From Camelus dromedarius (lineage: Eukaryota), in contig NC_087472.1 in assembly GCF_036321535.1 (NCBI RefSeq), forward strand, positions 101,806,001 through 101,870,000: a stretch of 64,000 nucleotides of DNA. Direction: 5' to 3'. Below are positions 37,225 to 49,389 of this stretch, piece after piece. Each line of letters starts with the position of its first letter. Position 1 is the stretch's first letter. The notes beneath the pieces are model-generated. The model had not been told where the DNA came from and searched no databases. It worked only from the letters and a program-made list of their open reading frames with translations. Position numbers and translations under genes: made by a program.

Positions 37225-37750
37225 ATGTAACCATCAAAGGGGACGTTGCAGAAGAGTATCTGGTGACAAAGAAAGATATTCTTGTTTAATAAGTGAAAAA
37301 AAATCAGTTTACAAAGCAACATGTAGACTCTGAGCCCATTTTATTAAAATATATATGGAAAAACACTGGAGGATAAACACTAAAATACTAAGAGTGATTC
37401 TCTTTGGGCGATAGATTCAGCAATTATTTTTATTATTTTATTTTGTTGATCTTTATTTTCAACATTTGGTTCATTTTACAGGTCTCAGGCTTTTGAACTA
37501 AGAGAACAAAAATTTGAGTACTGCTAAATTTAGTTTTTTTCCAGTCCTAACTGCCAAGAGTCCAAGATCAATATTTGGTTGAATGCTTCCCTACAACAAT
37601 CTACAATTACACAGAGTGAATCTCACAAACAGAACACTGAGCAGCAGAAGCCAGACACAGAAGAGTAGAAAGTGAATGAGTCATTTACCTACAACACGAA
37701 AACAACACTATGATGTCAGGCGCTAGGGCGGCAGTTACCCTTGGGCGAAG
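37225..37750 (+). mobile_element. Old L1M 3' fragments (two pieces, ~37225-37465 and ~37600-37750)
   Basis: aagtgaaaaaaaatcagtttacaaagc...gaaaaacactggaggataaacactaaaat and gtgaatctcacaaacagaacactgagcagcagaagccagacacagaagagta. Confidence 0.6.
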
Positions 37751-38359
37751 TGAGTACTCTGAGCGGTATTCAGTGTCTTGCAGTGTTTCTAGTTGGGCTT
37801 AGTGGGGAGGAGCTGGGAGAAATGAATCTCTGCCAACCTGTGTGGGCTGCCTGGGCCAGGAGTCCTGTTTAAAAACATCTGACCCACCTCCTTATAAAAG
37901 ACAGACTTGGTGGCCAAATGACATGTCTGTTGTGCCCTTGGGGCTCTGATCTACACCAGGACCAGCCAACAACACACACTGCTGAAATTTTTACAGACAC
38001 AGGACGAATCCGGATTCCAGTCCAGGTACCAGGAAGGAGGCATTTCCAAAGTCATTCTTCCCCACACTTGGGTTCCCAATGGCTGGCTGTTCAAAATAAA
38101 TAAATAAATGACACAGGCATGGAAACACACACACATACACACACACCAATGAAGTTTTTGCTGTCATACTGCAAAAAAGAAAAAAACCACAAGGATGCCC
38201 AACAGGCCAGTTCTGGATGAAAATAACACATACGGATACCTGAACCCTTCTCAGCACCAGTTCTCAACATTCTTACACTCGGTTTCCAGGCAGCTGGGAG
38301 GACTTGGGGAATTGCAATCTCCCCTAAACACCCGGGGAACTGAGGCACAGCCTTTACGA

Positions 38360-38660
38360 TAGTGCTTCCCGGCTTTGGCTGCACATTACAAGCTTTTAAA
38401 AATCCTGAAGCCCAGGCCCCACTCCAGACCAATCCACTTTGAGTCTCTGCAGGGTGGGATGCAGGCCCTAGCATTTAAAAACCTTCCAGATGAATTCAGT
38501 GTGCAGCTAAGGTTTAGAGCAATGTTTTAGACCAGCACATATTAAACTTGAACATGCATCCATCAAACAGAAAAAGTCAGATTCTGATTCAGTAGATCTG
38601 AGCAGGGGCCCAAGAATGTGATGCTAGCACTCTTGGCCCCTAATCCCCACTTGGACCAGC
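38360..38660. mobile_element. MER5A-like hAT MITEs (two adjacent pieces)
   Basis: tttggctgcacattac...cccaggccccactccagaccaatc...gtgcagctaaggtttagagc and cagattctgattcagtagatctg. Confidence 0.7.
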
Positions 38661-40432
38661 GAGGGAATAGACCACAGCCTGTCTGAGGCTGCAAGGAACT
38701 TACTGAGTGTGCATTTCAAAAAGAGGCAGGCAGGGACATTCTACAACAGATCTTTTCTAGCCCCGTATGCCCACTGACTGACACACAATAGGATTCCAAG
38801 TCTGTGTCCCTTTGGATGAAAGCAGATGTGCAGGCCTTCCTTCTGCCCAGCTTTGCTTTAGACAGAGAGCAGCGAAAGTGCAGGACACCAAGCTCCTGGA
38901 AATCAAGTCAGAGAAAGGCAGCCGGCCCCCTCCTGGCTGCCACCCCATTAATTCCTAGAGGCTGCGGGAGAGGTGAGGGCTCCCTGCAGTTTGGTGGTTT
39001 GCGAGGGCCCTCTGTACACTCCCGAACTTGACAAGATATTAGGCACCAGCGATAGCAGAGTGAGCATTAATGAGACCCACATGTAACTGCTTAAGAGTAA
39101 ACACTCACTTAATCCTATGTAGCTGAACAGTCTAACAAATGAATTAGCTGGTGGCATCCACTTAGGATATATGATCCAATTTATACTATGATTTCTTTCT
39201 AAGGGCTGAACTGATTTTGACACATATAAAAATGTGGTTTCAATCACCCACAATTGCACCATTTGAACAAGGGGGAGAAAGAGGCTTTTAAAAGGCCCAG
39301 ACCTGAGGGGAAGAAATAACAAGGTGAAATGAAGGAGTTTTGCACTGGTGCTGGGATGGGGAGGGGGACTTTCGGGGCATGAGTACAGCTGTTAAGGAGC
39401 CCAGAAGACTTGCATCTCTGCTGCTGGGTCCATCAGCCATGGGCCACTGATCAAACATGTAGGTGCAGCCAGGAGAAAGAGTTCAGAGAATTCCTCACCA
39501 CCTCCTCCCTCAGACTGTGTTCCCATCCATCGACAGGTCAGGGGCCTCCGAAACTGAACTGAAAGGCACTGAAGCTATGGGGAGAGGACAGGGCTCTGTC
39601 AGGCCAAGGACGGCCAACCTAAGACCAAACAAAAGCTAAGGGGTTTATACGCTCCAAGAACCTCCATACTGGCCTCAGCTAATGGCGCCAAGACAAAGAA
39701 TTGGCAAAGAGGCAATTCATCAGTCTTTATCCCACACTTTTCAGTCCAGGATTTAGCTTTTTCTCATCCCATCATCACAACAACCATAGGAGGTAGGCAA
39801 CATATTAGCCCCTTTTTACACACACGGAAGGTGAGACACAAAGATTCCAGGCAGCACAACTCCAAAAACCAAGTATTAAATGAATCTTGCTGTGGACATG
39901 GGCCTAGGCGGCTTCCTTGAGCCTTGCTGGGCCATCCTGATTGCTGGTGCTCTGTCTGAGGCATCAGGTGGCCGCCTTGGGGACAGCCACCAAATGCAGA
40001 GACGGGGCTTGTGCCTGTGGTCTTTAAAGGCTGAATCCCAGCTGTCCACAGGAAGGGGCTCCCACTGCCACAGCAGCATGGCTCATCTCTCCATGTAAGT
40101 GCAGAAAACACAGCAATAACTGCTCTCTGTTGTTATGTGCTTGGCACTAGGCTAGCGATTTTCATCTATCTTACCCAATTTTTCTAGGAAAAAAAAAAAA
40201 GAAAAAAACCCAGGTACTAAGAAGTTCTGTAACAAGTTTTCAGTGAAGAGCATCTGGGCCTAAATCTTGTGATTATTTCTCCCACTCCACAGCTCCATTA
40301 TAATGATGCTAAATAATGATCTGAACTGTCTGTAGCAAATTTCCTCAGAAGAGCATGCAACATTCATTGATTCGCTCAACACAAATGTTCCTTTCCAGTC
40401 AAATCAAGTTCCTTGAAGATCCTCAAATAGGC

Positions 40433-40858
40433 TGTGGAAAAGACTGTAGTATATTCATTCTCTGTTCCCTTTTCTACCCAGGCACCCGGCTGGGACACAT
40501 TTCCCAGACTCCCTTGCAGTTAAGCAGAACTGTGTAAGTTCTCGCCAACGGTACATGGGCAGAAATGATAGTTTTCCCTTTAGGCCTGGCTCATAAAAGC
40601 CTTCTCCACAACCCTCCGTTTTCTCTTCTCTCAATTGCTGGCTAGATTCAGATATTCTAATAGAGGACCTTCAAGGCCCCAGGGAGTTGCAGAGCCACAG
40701 AGAGGAGCCTGGGCCCCTGAATGCCTGCATGGAGCAGAGGACTCTCCAACCAACCCACATCGGACTGCAGCAGAACAAGAAATAACACTTTACTGCGTTA
40801 CCCCAAGGAGACTTTAGGGCTTGTTTGTTATGAGAGTTAACCTACTCTGACTAATTCA
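40433..40858 (+). mobile_element. MaLR (MLT1J-like) solo LTR
   Basis: cacatttcccagactcccttgcagttaagc...gagcctgggcccctgaatgcctgcatggagcagag...ttgtttgttatgagagttaacctactctgactaat. Confidence 0.8.
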
Positions 40859-40914
40859 CAGATCACACTCATTTCCCATTTCTTGCATTTTCAAAAATCT
40901 TACCTATTGCTTAA

Positions 40915-41108
40915 GTCAGTGATTTCCCAAGCATAGTCCCTAAACAGCAGCAGGACCTTGTTAGCAAAGAGAATCGAATCATCAGCCTCGCTCCTGTCCT
41001 ACCCAATCAGAAACTCGGTTTGGGGAGGGAAGGAGCAGGAGTCCAGTCATTAGTTTTAACAAGTCCTCCAGATGATTCTGATGCCCACTCAAGTCTGCTA
41101 GCCACTGA
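40915..41108. mobile_element. MER5A-like hAT MITE
   Basis: cagtgatttcccaagcatagtcc...ttttaacaagtcctccagatgattctgatgcccactcaagtctg...ccactg. Confidence 0.75.
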
Positions 41109-41529
41109 TCTAAGTGAACAGAGATTTATTAGAAATCTACAAGGCTATTGCCAAGCCTCGCCCAGTTCCTCCTCTGATTTCTGTGCCATCCACTCATTTC
41201 CACCCTTAACTACACATGTTTGACCACACTGCTTCCCCTGTGCTTGTCCCAAATTCCCATGGGCAGAGACCATCTCCCTTACCTATTGGTAAATGCTGAA
41301 AGCAAGAGAGGCAGGGTGAGAGGGGCATCCCCATGATACAGAACCAGGCAGGACAGCCAAGTCACTGATCACTCCCACTCAAAAGATGGAAACTGTCAAG
41401 TGCCTAAAGACTAGGTGACTTGTCGGGCCATAATTCAGTAAAATGCTCGCTTTGGGCGGCTTGATGTCATCACCCACACGTTTGAATCACAATTATAGAG
41501 AGATAACTTAGGAGTACTTAAGTAGCATT

Positions 41530-41890
41530 TAAAGTACTTGGTCCTGAAGCCAGATTTTCAGGGTTCCAATCTGGGCTTTTGTAGTAACTGGCTGTATAAT
41601 TTCAGGCCTATTATTTTACCTCTCAGTGTCTCAGTTTCCTCAAATGTAAATTTATGGGGGGTGGGGGAATGGTACCTACCCTCACTGGGGTGTGATGAGG
41701 ATTTAAGGAGAAATTGTGTATGGTACTTAGAACAATAACTGGTGTACAGGAAGTGCTCCCTAAGGCTAGGAGTTCTATCCTAATGGATGAGTGACCTGGG
41801 GACGTCACCTAAACCCTGAGCCTCAGTTTCCTCATCTATAGAACAGGATGTTGCAAGGATGAATTGAGAAGGTGAACAGTAGGCACTGGC
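41530..41890 (+). mobile_element. Two MIR SINE fragments
   Basis: tctcagtttcctcaaatgtaaa and cctgagcctcagtttcctcatctatagaacagg. Confidence 0.8.
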
Positions 41891-42711
41891 ATGGAGGAGG
41901 GGCCGAGTCAAAGGCTTGGGGGTTCCCTCCCCTCCAAACCTGCCTTCTTTACACCTCAAAATCTTGCTGTGCAGTGCTGGCTAGGAGAACCCACACATAC
42001 AGATTTCCAGAAAAACAGGACACAGGTTAGCCAGCAATCAGTTCACAGAGGGCCTGGCCTTCCCAGAGGGGTTCAAGACTAGAGCAGGAACTGACCAGCT
42101 CTTCAAATCCCTGCTCCATTTTTAAAAAAGCAACAACGATGGCACTATTGATGATGGTCTAGAGAAATCTATGTCTAGCTCTGAAAAACTGCCTACCCCA
42201 GCTAGAGAGCAAAGGTTAGACACGGCTCTCCTCAGACTTGTTATTAATGGATTCCAAAAAGGAAGGGGGCTGCTTATTTATTACCTCCTTCCAGCTCGCC
42301 TCTTCTTGAACCGAGGCAAGAGACAGGAAGATGAGGAATTTCCTTCTAAACTTTTTTGATTTTTTAAGATGAGAAGCAACTTTACAAGGTCAAGAAAACC
42401 CACAACGTCTGCCTAGGGTGAAAAGGCATGCAAGACGAGCGAGGACATGGAAATTTCCAGCTTTACTTTTTTTTCATTCCTCCTCCAGCTTCCACCTGAC
42501 CTTGAGGTCCATTTTCTCTTGAGCTTTTTGACTTAATAACTCACAGAAGTGGGAACTGGTCCACTTAAAAGAGGAATCTGGTCAGCTCTAGCTTCAACCC
42601 AGCAAGTCCATCCCTAGGTTGACCATGACCCAGAGTAAGCTTAAGTTCCTCAAAGTTGTTTCAGTTACAAGGTAGCTGGGTGTCGAAGTAAACTGTGTCA
42701 CCTTATAATTG

Positions 42712-42895
42712 AAACAAGTTTAATGCAACAGTAACTCTTCTTACCATGGGGAGCATATTCTGGTCTTTTCTAGTGGGTTCGATTTTATTTCCGATTTTAC
42801 TTCATTTTCTTCTATGCCAGTTACAACCCACTGGTTTGAATTCATGACCCATGAATGGGTCACAACACACTCTGTGAAAAATACTCCCCTGAAAA
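42712..42895. repeat. Local direct duplication, copy 1 (hAT-Charlie-type fragment)
   Basis: Aligns end to end with 43425-43607, with a 33-bp identical core tgaattcatgacccatgaatgggtcacaacaca. Confidence 0.9.
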
Positions 42896-43225
42896 ACTCC
42901 CACATATATGCACAAAGTGACATATGTTCATTGTGCTGTTGCTTGGGAGAGGAAAAACTTGAGACAGCTTATGTGTCCATCAACAGGAGAACAGATAAAT
43001 AAATGGAAGTACATGCATATAATGAGCTATATACAGCAATTAAAAATGAATCAAGTAGAGCTACAAGTACCAGTGTGAGTAAATCCCCTTTTGTAATGTT
43101 GAGCAAAAAAGGTAAGTTGCAAAAAGATACATACAGCATAAACAATGTACATAAATTTAAAATCAGGCAAAACCAGTGTTTCTTATATCATTCTGTATCT
43201 TTTTCTCCTATCTGAAATTTTTATA
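42896..43225 (+). mobile_element. Old L1M 3' fragment
   Basis: tgtccatcaacaggagaacagataaataaatgg...taatgttgagcaaaaaaggtaagttgcaaaaagatacatacagcat. Confidence 0.8.
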
Positions 43226-43424
43226 ACTCAAAAAATTCCTCCAGGGGACAACTTTGCTTTTTCCTTTTGGATTCAATGGAAGAAAACTTCTCCAGTTTTA
43301 GCCCCAGTTCCCATCAGAGAGCGGAAGGTGAGGCCAGAACGCAGACCTGTGGGAACACAACCCTACCTTTCTGCCCCCCCAGTCAATGTGCACCAACTTT
43401 GAAGGAAAACAGAGGTTGTAAATA

Positions 43425-43607
43425 AAACAAGTTTGATGAAATAGTAACTCCTCTTACCATAGGGAACATTTTCTGGTCTTTTCTAATGTATTCGATTCTA
43501 TTTCCAATTCGATTTCATTTTTTCGATGCAAGTTACAACCCGTTGGTGTGAATTCATGACCCATGAATGGGTCACAACACATTCTGTGAAAAACACTGCC
43601 CTGAAAA
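43425..43607. repeat. Local direct duplication, copy 2
   Basis: Offset of about 712 bp from copy 1, with the same start (aaacaagttt) and end (ccctgaaaa). Confidence 0.9.
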
Positions 43608-43932
43608 CCTAGCACCCAGCTGTTTCTAGGTCTGGGAAAGATGGGGAGACCATGCTGCAACTCAGCGAGGATCTGAGAGATGTGTCGGTGGCAGAAGACC
43701 TTACTCCAGGGAAGAAAGTCTAGAGGAGCCGCAGAATCTAAGGCATGAAATCTGCACCGTCCCTAATGATGCATATGACAATGCAGCACCTCAATTCCAG
43801 TCTGATGGGGATTCTCAACACTCCTGCATTCCACTTGAATTCCGGCAAATGCTGGTTCAGAATAAATTCCACTGGTTTGACTGCCTCTGTATATCACCAA
43901 GGACAATGTTGAACTAAACAAGGTTAGTTCTT

Positions 43933-44075
43933 TGTTAGTCTGTTGTTTTGGGGGGTGGGGTGGGATAGAGGTAACTAGGTGTATTTAAAAATTTATTTTA
44001 ATGGAGGTACTAGGAATTGAACCCAGGACCTCATGCATGCTAAGCACGCACTCTACTGCCAAGCTACACCCCCTG
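43933..44075 (-). mobile_element. tRNA-Ala-derived SINE (camelid Vic-1-like)
   Basis: Minus strand reads gggggtgtagcttggcagtagagtgcgtgcttagcatgcatgaggtcctgggttcaattcctagtacctcca (tRNA-Ala AGC-like head). Perfect 12-bp TSD aggttagttctt at 43921-43932 and 44076-44087. Confidence 0.9.
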
Positions 44076-44589
44076 AGGTTAGTTCTTGATGAAGATATAT
44101 CCACTGTGTAAATGGAATGATTCACTTCTGAGATTTCGGTCATCAGAGCTAGAGTTAGAGCTTACCAGATAAATAGAATCGTCTAGCTGGAAGGAGTCTT
44201 AGACCAGCACTGCTCCAATGCTAACACACAAGTGAACCTCCTGAAGATCTTGTTAAAATGCAGCTCCGGGTGCAGGAGGTCTGAGATAGCCCAGTGATGC
44301 TGGGCTGAGGAGCACTCTGGGAAGAGCAAGAGTGACACCCTGAGCTGTCATTCCCTTTAAAGAGAGGAGGGCTGCCAAGGCCGAGGATGGAAATGACCTG
44401 CTCCCACTCTCTCAGTACTCTTCCAGGACTAGACCCCGGCTCTTCAGAGCTGTGCTTCAGTGTCAGTCCATTCATCTACTGCAGGTCTCCGCTGCCAGGC
44501 ACACCAATCGAGCGAACTGGCCATAGGGCCATGAAGTGTCCAGCTGCTCCAAACTTACAGGGCAGCACTGGCTCTCCATCCTCTGAACT

Positions 44590-44757
44590 CTTGCTTCTCA
44601 AAGTGGGGTCCACAGACCAACAGTGTCACTGTTACCTGGGAGCTCTTTAGAAACGCAGTCTCTCAGGCCCTCAGCCCAGACCTACTGAATCAGAACCTGT
44701 GTTTTAAATAAGGTCTCAGATGGCCCATATGCACATCAAGGTTTCAGCTGCACGAGC
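44590..44757. mobile_element. MER5A-like hAT MITE
   Basis: cttctcaaagtggggtccacagacc...cccagacctactgaatcagaac...tatgcacatcaaggttt. Confidence 0.8.
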
Positions 44758-44974
44758 CTAACTAACATACAATCTTATGTACTAGATGGCAGTTCTCCAT
44801 GGTGTCACTGCTTTTATCATAGGCACAAACCGCCAGCTCACACGTTCACTTTCCCTCTTCCTCTCTCCCCCCTCCCTCTTTCTGCAGTGCTCAGACACAA
44901 AGCCATGTGCAAAATTAGCATGTACAACTGATGCTCCTTCCAGGGCTCCGTATCTGTCACTTAAAAATAATACA

Positions 44975-45128
44975 CAACACTTATTGGACACATGCTGAGC
45001 GCTTTCTATGCATTACCTAATCCTCACGACACTCTGGGATGTGAGCATTATCACTATCTCTATTTCACAGATAGGGAAATGGAGGCTTCATGAGGTCAGG
45101 CAACTTGCCCAAGCCATCCAGGAAGTAG
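44975..45128 (-). mobile_element. MIR SINE
   Basis: taatcctcacgacactct...tatttcacagatagggaaatggaggct...aacttgcccaag. Confidence 0.8.
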
Positions 45129-45802
45129 TATTGGCTGTTGAGGAAAAAACTGAATGTCAGTTACCTCCAAAAAAGTGATCCAACATGAATCCAGGGAGCT
45201 GATGACTCTGACACCGGGAGCTGGAACGTCCCTGAGAGAGGCCCAAAGGGTCTCACTTTGGTCTGGGAGGAGGGGCCCATTTCCTAGCGAGGGAAGAGAT
45301 GGTGCTTCTGACCCGTAGTCTAAGAACCTGCCTCCCCTGGAAACGGGCTAGGGGACGGAGGACAGAGGGCAGCAAGAGAGAGAAATTCCAACTTCAAATC
45401 ACCAAGGCAAAAAATGCATCAAAGCTGCCAAGTGTGAGGCACCTAAATCTTCTAGATAATCAGAGGCTTTCCTAGTGCTCCTGGACCATGGTGTGTGTGT
45501 GTCTGTGTGCATCTGTAAGCATGTGTGTGTCGGTGTGTCGATGTGTCTATCTGTGTGTGTATGTATATGTATGCATTTGCCATTCAGGTAAACTCTCAAA
45601 CCGATTGCCTGCCTGGACAAGCACCATCACCCATCAGACAGAGGAGGAAAAATGAAGGGGAAATTGCATTGAGGGTGGGTAAGAGCATTGTTTTGATCTC
45701 ATTTTCCCCTCCCTGAAATGTACATTAGAGACACAGACTGGCACATTCTAGGGTCAGGAGTTCTGGTGGGCCTCACTCATAAGGTGTCAAGAGAAAGTGC
45801 CC

Positions 45803-46660
45803 CATCACTTCACACCAGTCAGAATGGCCAGTATTAAAAAGTCTACAAACGATAAATGCTGGAGAGGGTATGGAGAAAAGTCCCTACTCTGCTGACAGGA
45901 CTATAAATTGGTGCATCCACATGGAAGACAGTCTACAGATTCCTCAAAAGACTAGGAATAGACTTACCATATGACCCAGCAATCCCGTCCTGGGCATATA
46001 TGCAGAAGGAACCCTACTTCAAAATGACACCTGCACCCCAACGTTCACAGCAGCACTATTTACAATAGCCAAGACATGGAAGCAACCTAAGTGTCCATCG
46101 ACAGATGACTGGATAAACATGCTGTGGTTTACACACACACACACACACAGGAATGCTACTTAGCCATAAAAAAGAATAAAATAATGCCATTTGCAGCAAC
46201 ATGGATGTACCTGGAGATCGTCATACTAAGTGAAGTAAGCCAGTAAGAGAAAGAAAAATACCATATTATATCATTTATATGTGGAATCTTTTAAAAAGGG
46301 AAACAAATGAACATATTTTAAAAACAGACTCACAGACATAGAAAACAAACTTATGGTTACTGGGGGAAGGGGAGGAGGAGGGATAAATTGGGAGTTCGGG
46401 ATTTGCAGATACTAACTACTATATATGAAAAGATAAACAACAAGGTCCTACTGTACAGCACAGGGAACTATATTCAATACCATGTAATGGTCTATAATGA
46501 AAAGAATATGAAAAGGAATATATATATATGTATAAATGAATCACTATGTTGTACACAGACATTAACACAACATTGTAAATTGAATATACTTCAATAAAAA
46601 ATAAGACTATTGTAAGGATTAAATCAGTTAATAAATATAAGTCACCTTAAAAAAAAAAAG
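45803..46660 (+). mobile_element. 5'-truncated L1 (ORF2 C-terminus and 3'UTR) with extra 3' sequence and TSD
   Basis: catcacttcacaccagtcagaatggcc encodes HHFTPVRMA, like L1 ORF2, followed by the L1 3'UTR. 13-bp TSD agagaaagt(g/a)ccc at 45790-45802 and 46661-46673. Confidence 0.9.
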
Positions 46661-48709
46661 AGAGAAAGTACCCTAGTAGGCTGAGAACCCTCTGTTGCCC
46701 TTCCCCAGGGCTTCCCTTCAGGGCCAGCAAATGTGGCTGTCAGATCATCTGAAAGAAGTTTGGGCATATACCAGCAGAGGAGTGGGGGCGACAGGAGCTC
46801 TGAAATCTACTTTAAAAGTAAAAACACAGCATGGCCTAACAGCTGAAGACACACAAAAAGTGCAGCAAATCCTCTCACCTATATCCAAGGTACACCAACT
46901 AATGAGTCACAGCACTTCTTCTGAGTCAGGAAATAACGAGCCTCAGAATCTCAACACAGTGCTTCCACAGCCCCTGGCATGTGATGAAGACTGGAGCTCA
47001 TTTGAAAACTTGCCTGCCCTCTCGTCACGGTAATGAACTTTCCCCGAGCTTCAGGAGACCAGGTGTCTAGTCCCGGCTCTGCCACCAGACAGCTATATGA
47101 CCTTGGACCAAGTCCCTGACCTCTCAGCTCTTCTGTTTTCTCACCTGTCAAGTGGGAGAACTGAGAGGTAAAAGCCCTTGACTTGGAGAAGAGGGTTGTT
47201 TCTGGCCGAGAACCCAAGTTGACTCTCCCGGGCATCTTGGATTCCAGCAGGTTCTCCTGTCCGTCATCATGCATTCTTGCTGTGTGGCTATGGAGACGCG
47301 GGCATTCAGCTGGGTGTCACATTCCAGTATCTGAGAAAGTACGAGCCAGGTCCTATACTGTCGCAGTGAATGATCATCCACAGTGGAAACTGATGGGGGA
47401 GCACGGCATGGGGCAGGGCTTAAATTTTTTAGCCTAAATATTTCCCTGGAATCTCCTGGCAAAATGGCTGTAGTATATAATCACTACAACTTTATTTTTA
47501 AGGCAGTTTCTAGATACTCATATATATCCATGAGCTAAGTATCCAGATATAAACCATTTCTAAACCTTTGTTCCCACACCCAACATCCAGGATGTCTGGG
47601 AAAATATGTGTCCAAGAGGCCACCATGAGAGGGCAGAGCTTGGATACAGGGAAGAGGTGATTTTTTTCCCCCTTTATCTCTGAGGAAAACCCAATGAGCA
47701 CAGTTTTTCTGTAAGGAAAAGAGTAAAAATGGGTCTAAACTTTTTCTTCAGTTTTATTCTTAAACAAGCTCACCTGTATATGTGGGATGACTCCCCCCAA
47801 ACCTTACAGATTCCTGAGAGACACAGTCCTGACTTTGATCCAATACCTGGGCCCAACATCTTCATGCCTCCCAACTGGTAGTTTGAATGATAAAAACGTA
47901 AGGTTAAGGCCTTCCACTTTCCAAACAGGAACAAAGTTTTGCTGTGAAGGTAATGCTTCATGTTAAGGTGCATATGTGCTACCAAAGATGTTCCAGGGAC
48001 TTGCAAACACATGAGCAGAGTGGTGTGGCCTGTTTAGAAGGCATGAGGCCTGTTTAGCATGCAGGCCTCAGGCCCGGGGCTCTGTGTTCTCATGTATGAG
48101 GGAAGACTGGCAGGCCCAAGAAGGGGTAAGAAACAACAATCTGTGGACCCCTCCATTATGTGCAGGACCCCGTGCCAACCAGATAAACCCCATGTGTTCT
48201 TTGTAGAGGAGTCGTTGCTTGCAGGCTGGCTAGCTTGCTGAATAGATTCTGGGGCTGCACCTGTATCCTCAGCCCCGGGGAAACACAGACTTCAGTCAGC
48301 AGCGAGCAGGGCCTGACTTTGGCCCTTCTCTGCTTAAGAAATCAGAGAGAGAGGCTGGTTTTCCATACTCCATCCTGGCTCTTGCCTTGCCTTCCCCCAA
48401 AACACCAAAGGCGGTGAGTTAATGAGACCCTGTGGGAGGAGTCTTGGTGTTGGTGGAGCCCCGCCGGGCTGGGCACTCTGGGCAGAAGTGCTCCCTCCCT
48501 CCCTCCACCCAGAAGAATCAGCTCCTGGGAAGTAGCCTCTTCTCAACTAAGCATCCCCACCACCTGCTGCCTCACACTCCCCTGCTCCACAGACCCCAAG
48601 CCTCGGCAGGGAAGCAACTTCATTCTGAAAAGCTTTCAGACACGCACGCGCGTGCGCGCTCGCACAGGCAGATGGCTGCTTTCCTCCTGGCCTCTCTTTG
48701 AAGATACTA

Positions 48710-48872
48710 TTCTAGTGCTTCTTGACCTTGGCTGTGCATCAGAATCATCTGAGGACCTTCTTTTAAAAATACCAATGCTTGGACCTACCTCCCCCGCTGG
48801 AAGACTCTGAGCTACTTGACCAAATCTATCCCAAGCAGCTCTCAAGAGCAGTCAAGGCTGAGAATCACTGAG
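48710..48872. mobile_element. MER5A-like hAT MITE
   Basis: gtgcttcttgaccttggctgtgcatcagaatcatctgagg...caaggctgagaatcactg. Confidence 0.75.
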
Positions 48873-48879
48873 TTATTCT

Positions 48880-49245
48880 CTCTGCCTGGCACACGCTCAC
48901 CCACACCACTGCCCTGCCTTCCTTTAGCTGGCGAAGTCTTAGTACCCCTCCTCTAGGTCTCATTATAAGTGTCATCTTTTTCTGGAAACTTCTCTGGCTC
49001 CTACAGACTGCTCTAGATGAGACCTAGGCCAGTCTGTAGGAGCCAGAGAAGTAGGTCCCACAGCACCCCTACGTTCCCCAACACAGTCCTCACACTGTAT
49101 GGAATTTGCACATTCAACTGCCTGCCACCCAACAGGTGCCAGCTCCAGGAGCTCTGGGGCCGCATCTGCTGTTGTTCATCATCATGGTCCCCGGATCCAA
49201 CATAATGCCTGACCCAGTGTGGACGCTTAATAGAAAACTGAATCG
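48880..49245 (+). mobile_element. L2 LINE fragment
   Basis: ctctgcctggcacacgctc...gtgtcatctttttctggaaacttctctg...gccagctccaggag...cataatgcctgacccag. Confidence 0.65.
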
Positions 49246-49389
49246 ATGATTGCCCTCGGCTTATTCACTGCTGGTCCCTTCCCTAGGACACACTGGGAGC
49301 AATTTTTAAATCAAGCATTTTCAAAACCACAGTAAAATACCCCAACCCTCTTTATGGCAACTGACAGGGGAGGTTTCCAGTTTGGTTTC

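Noticed and set aside
44000..44075. tRNA-Ala(AGC)-like sequence (also at 17635-17708)
   Set aside because: It has a SINE body, an A-rich tail and TSDs, and the stems are mutated, so it is a SINE head and not a tRNA gene.
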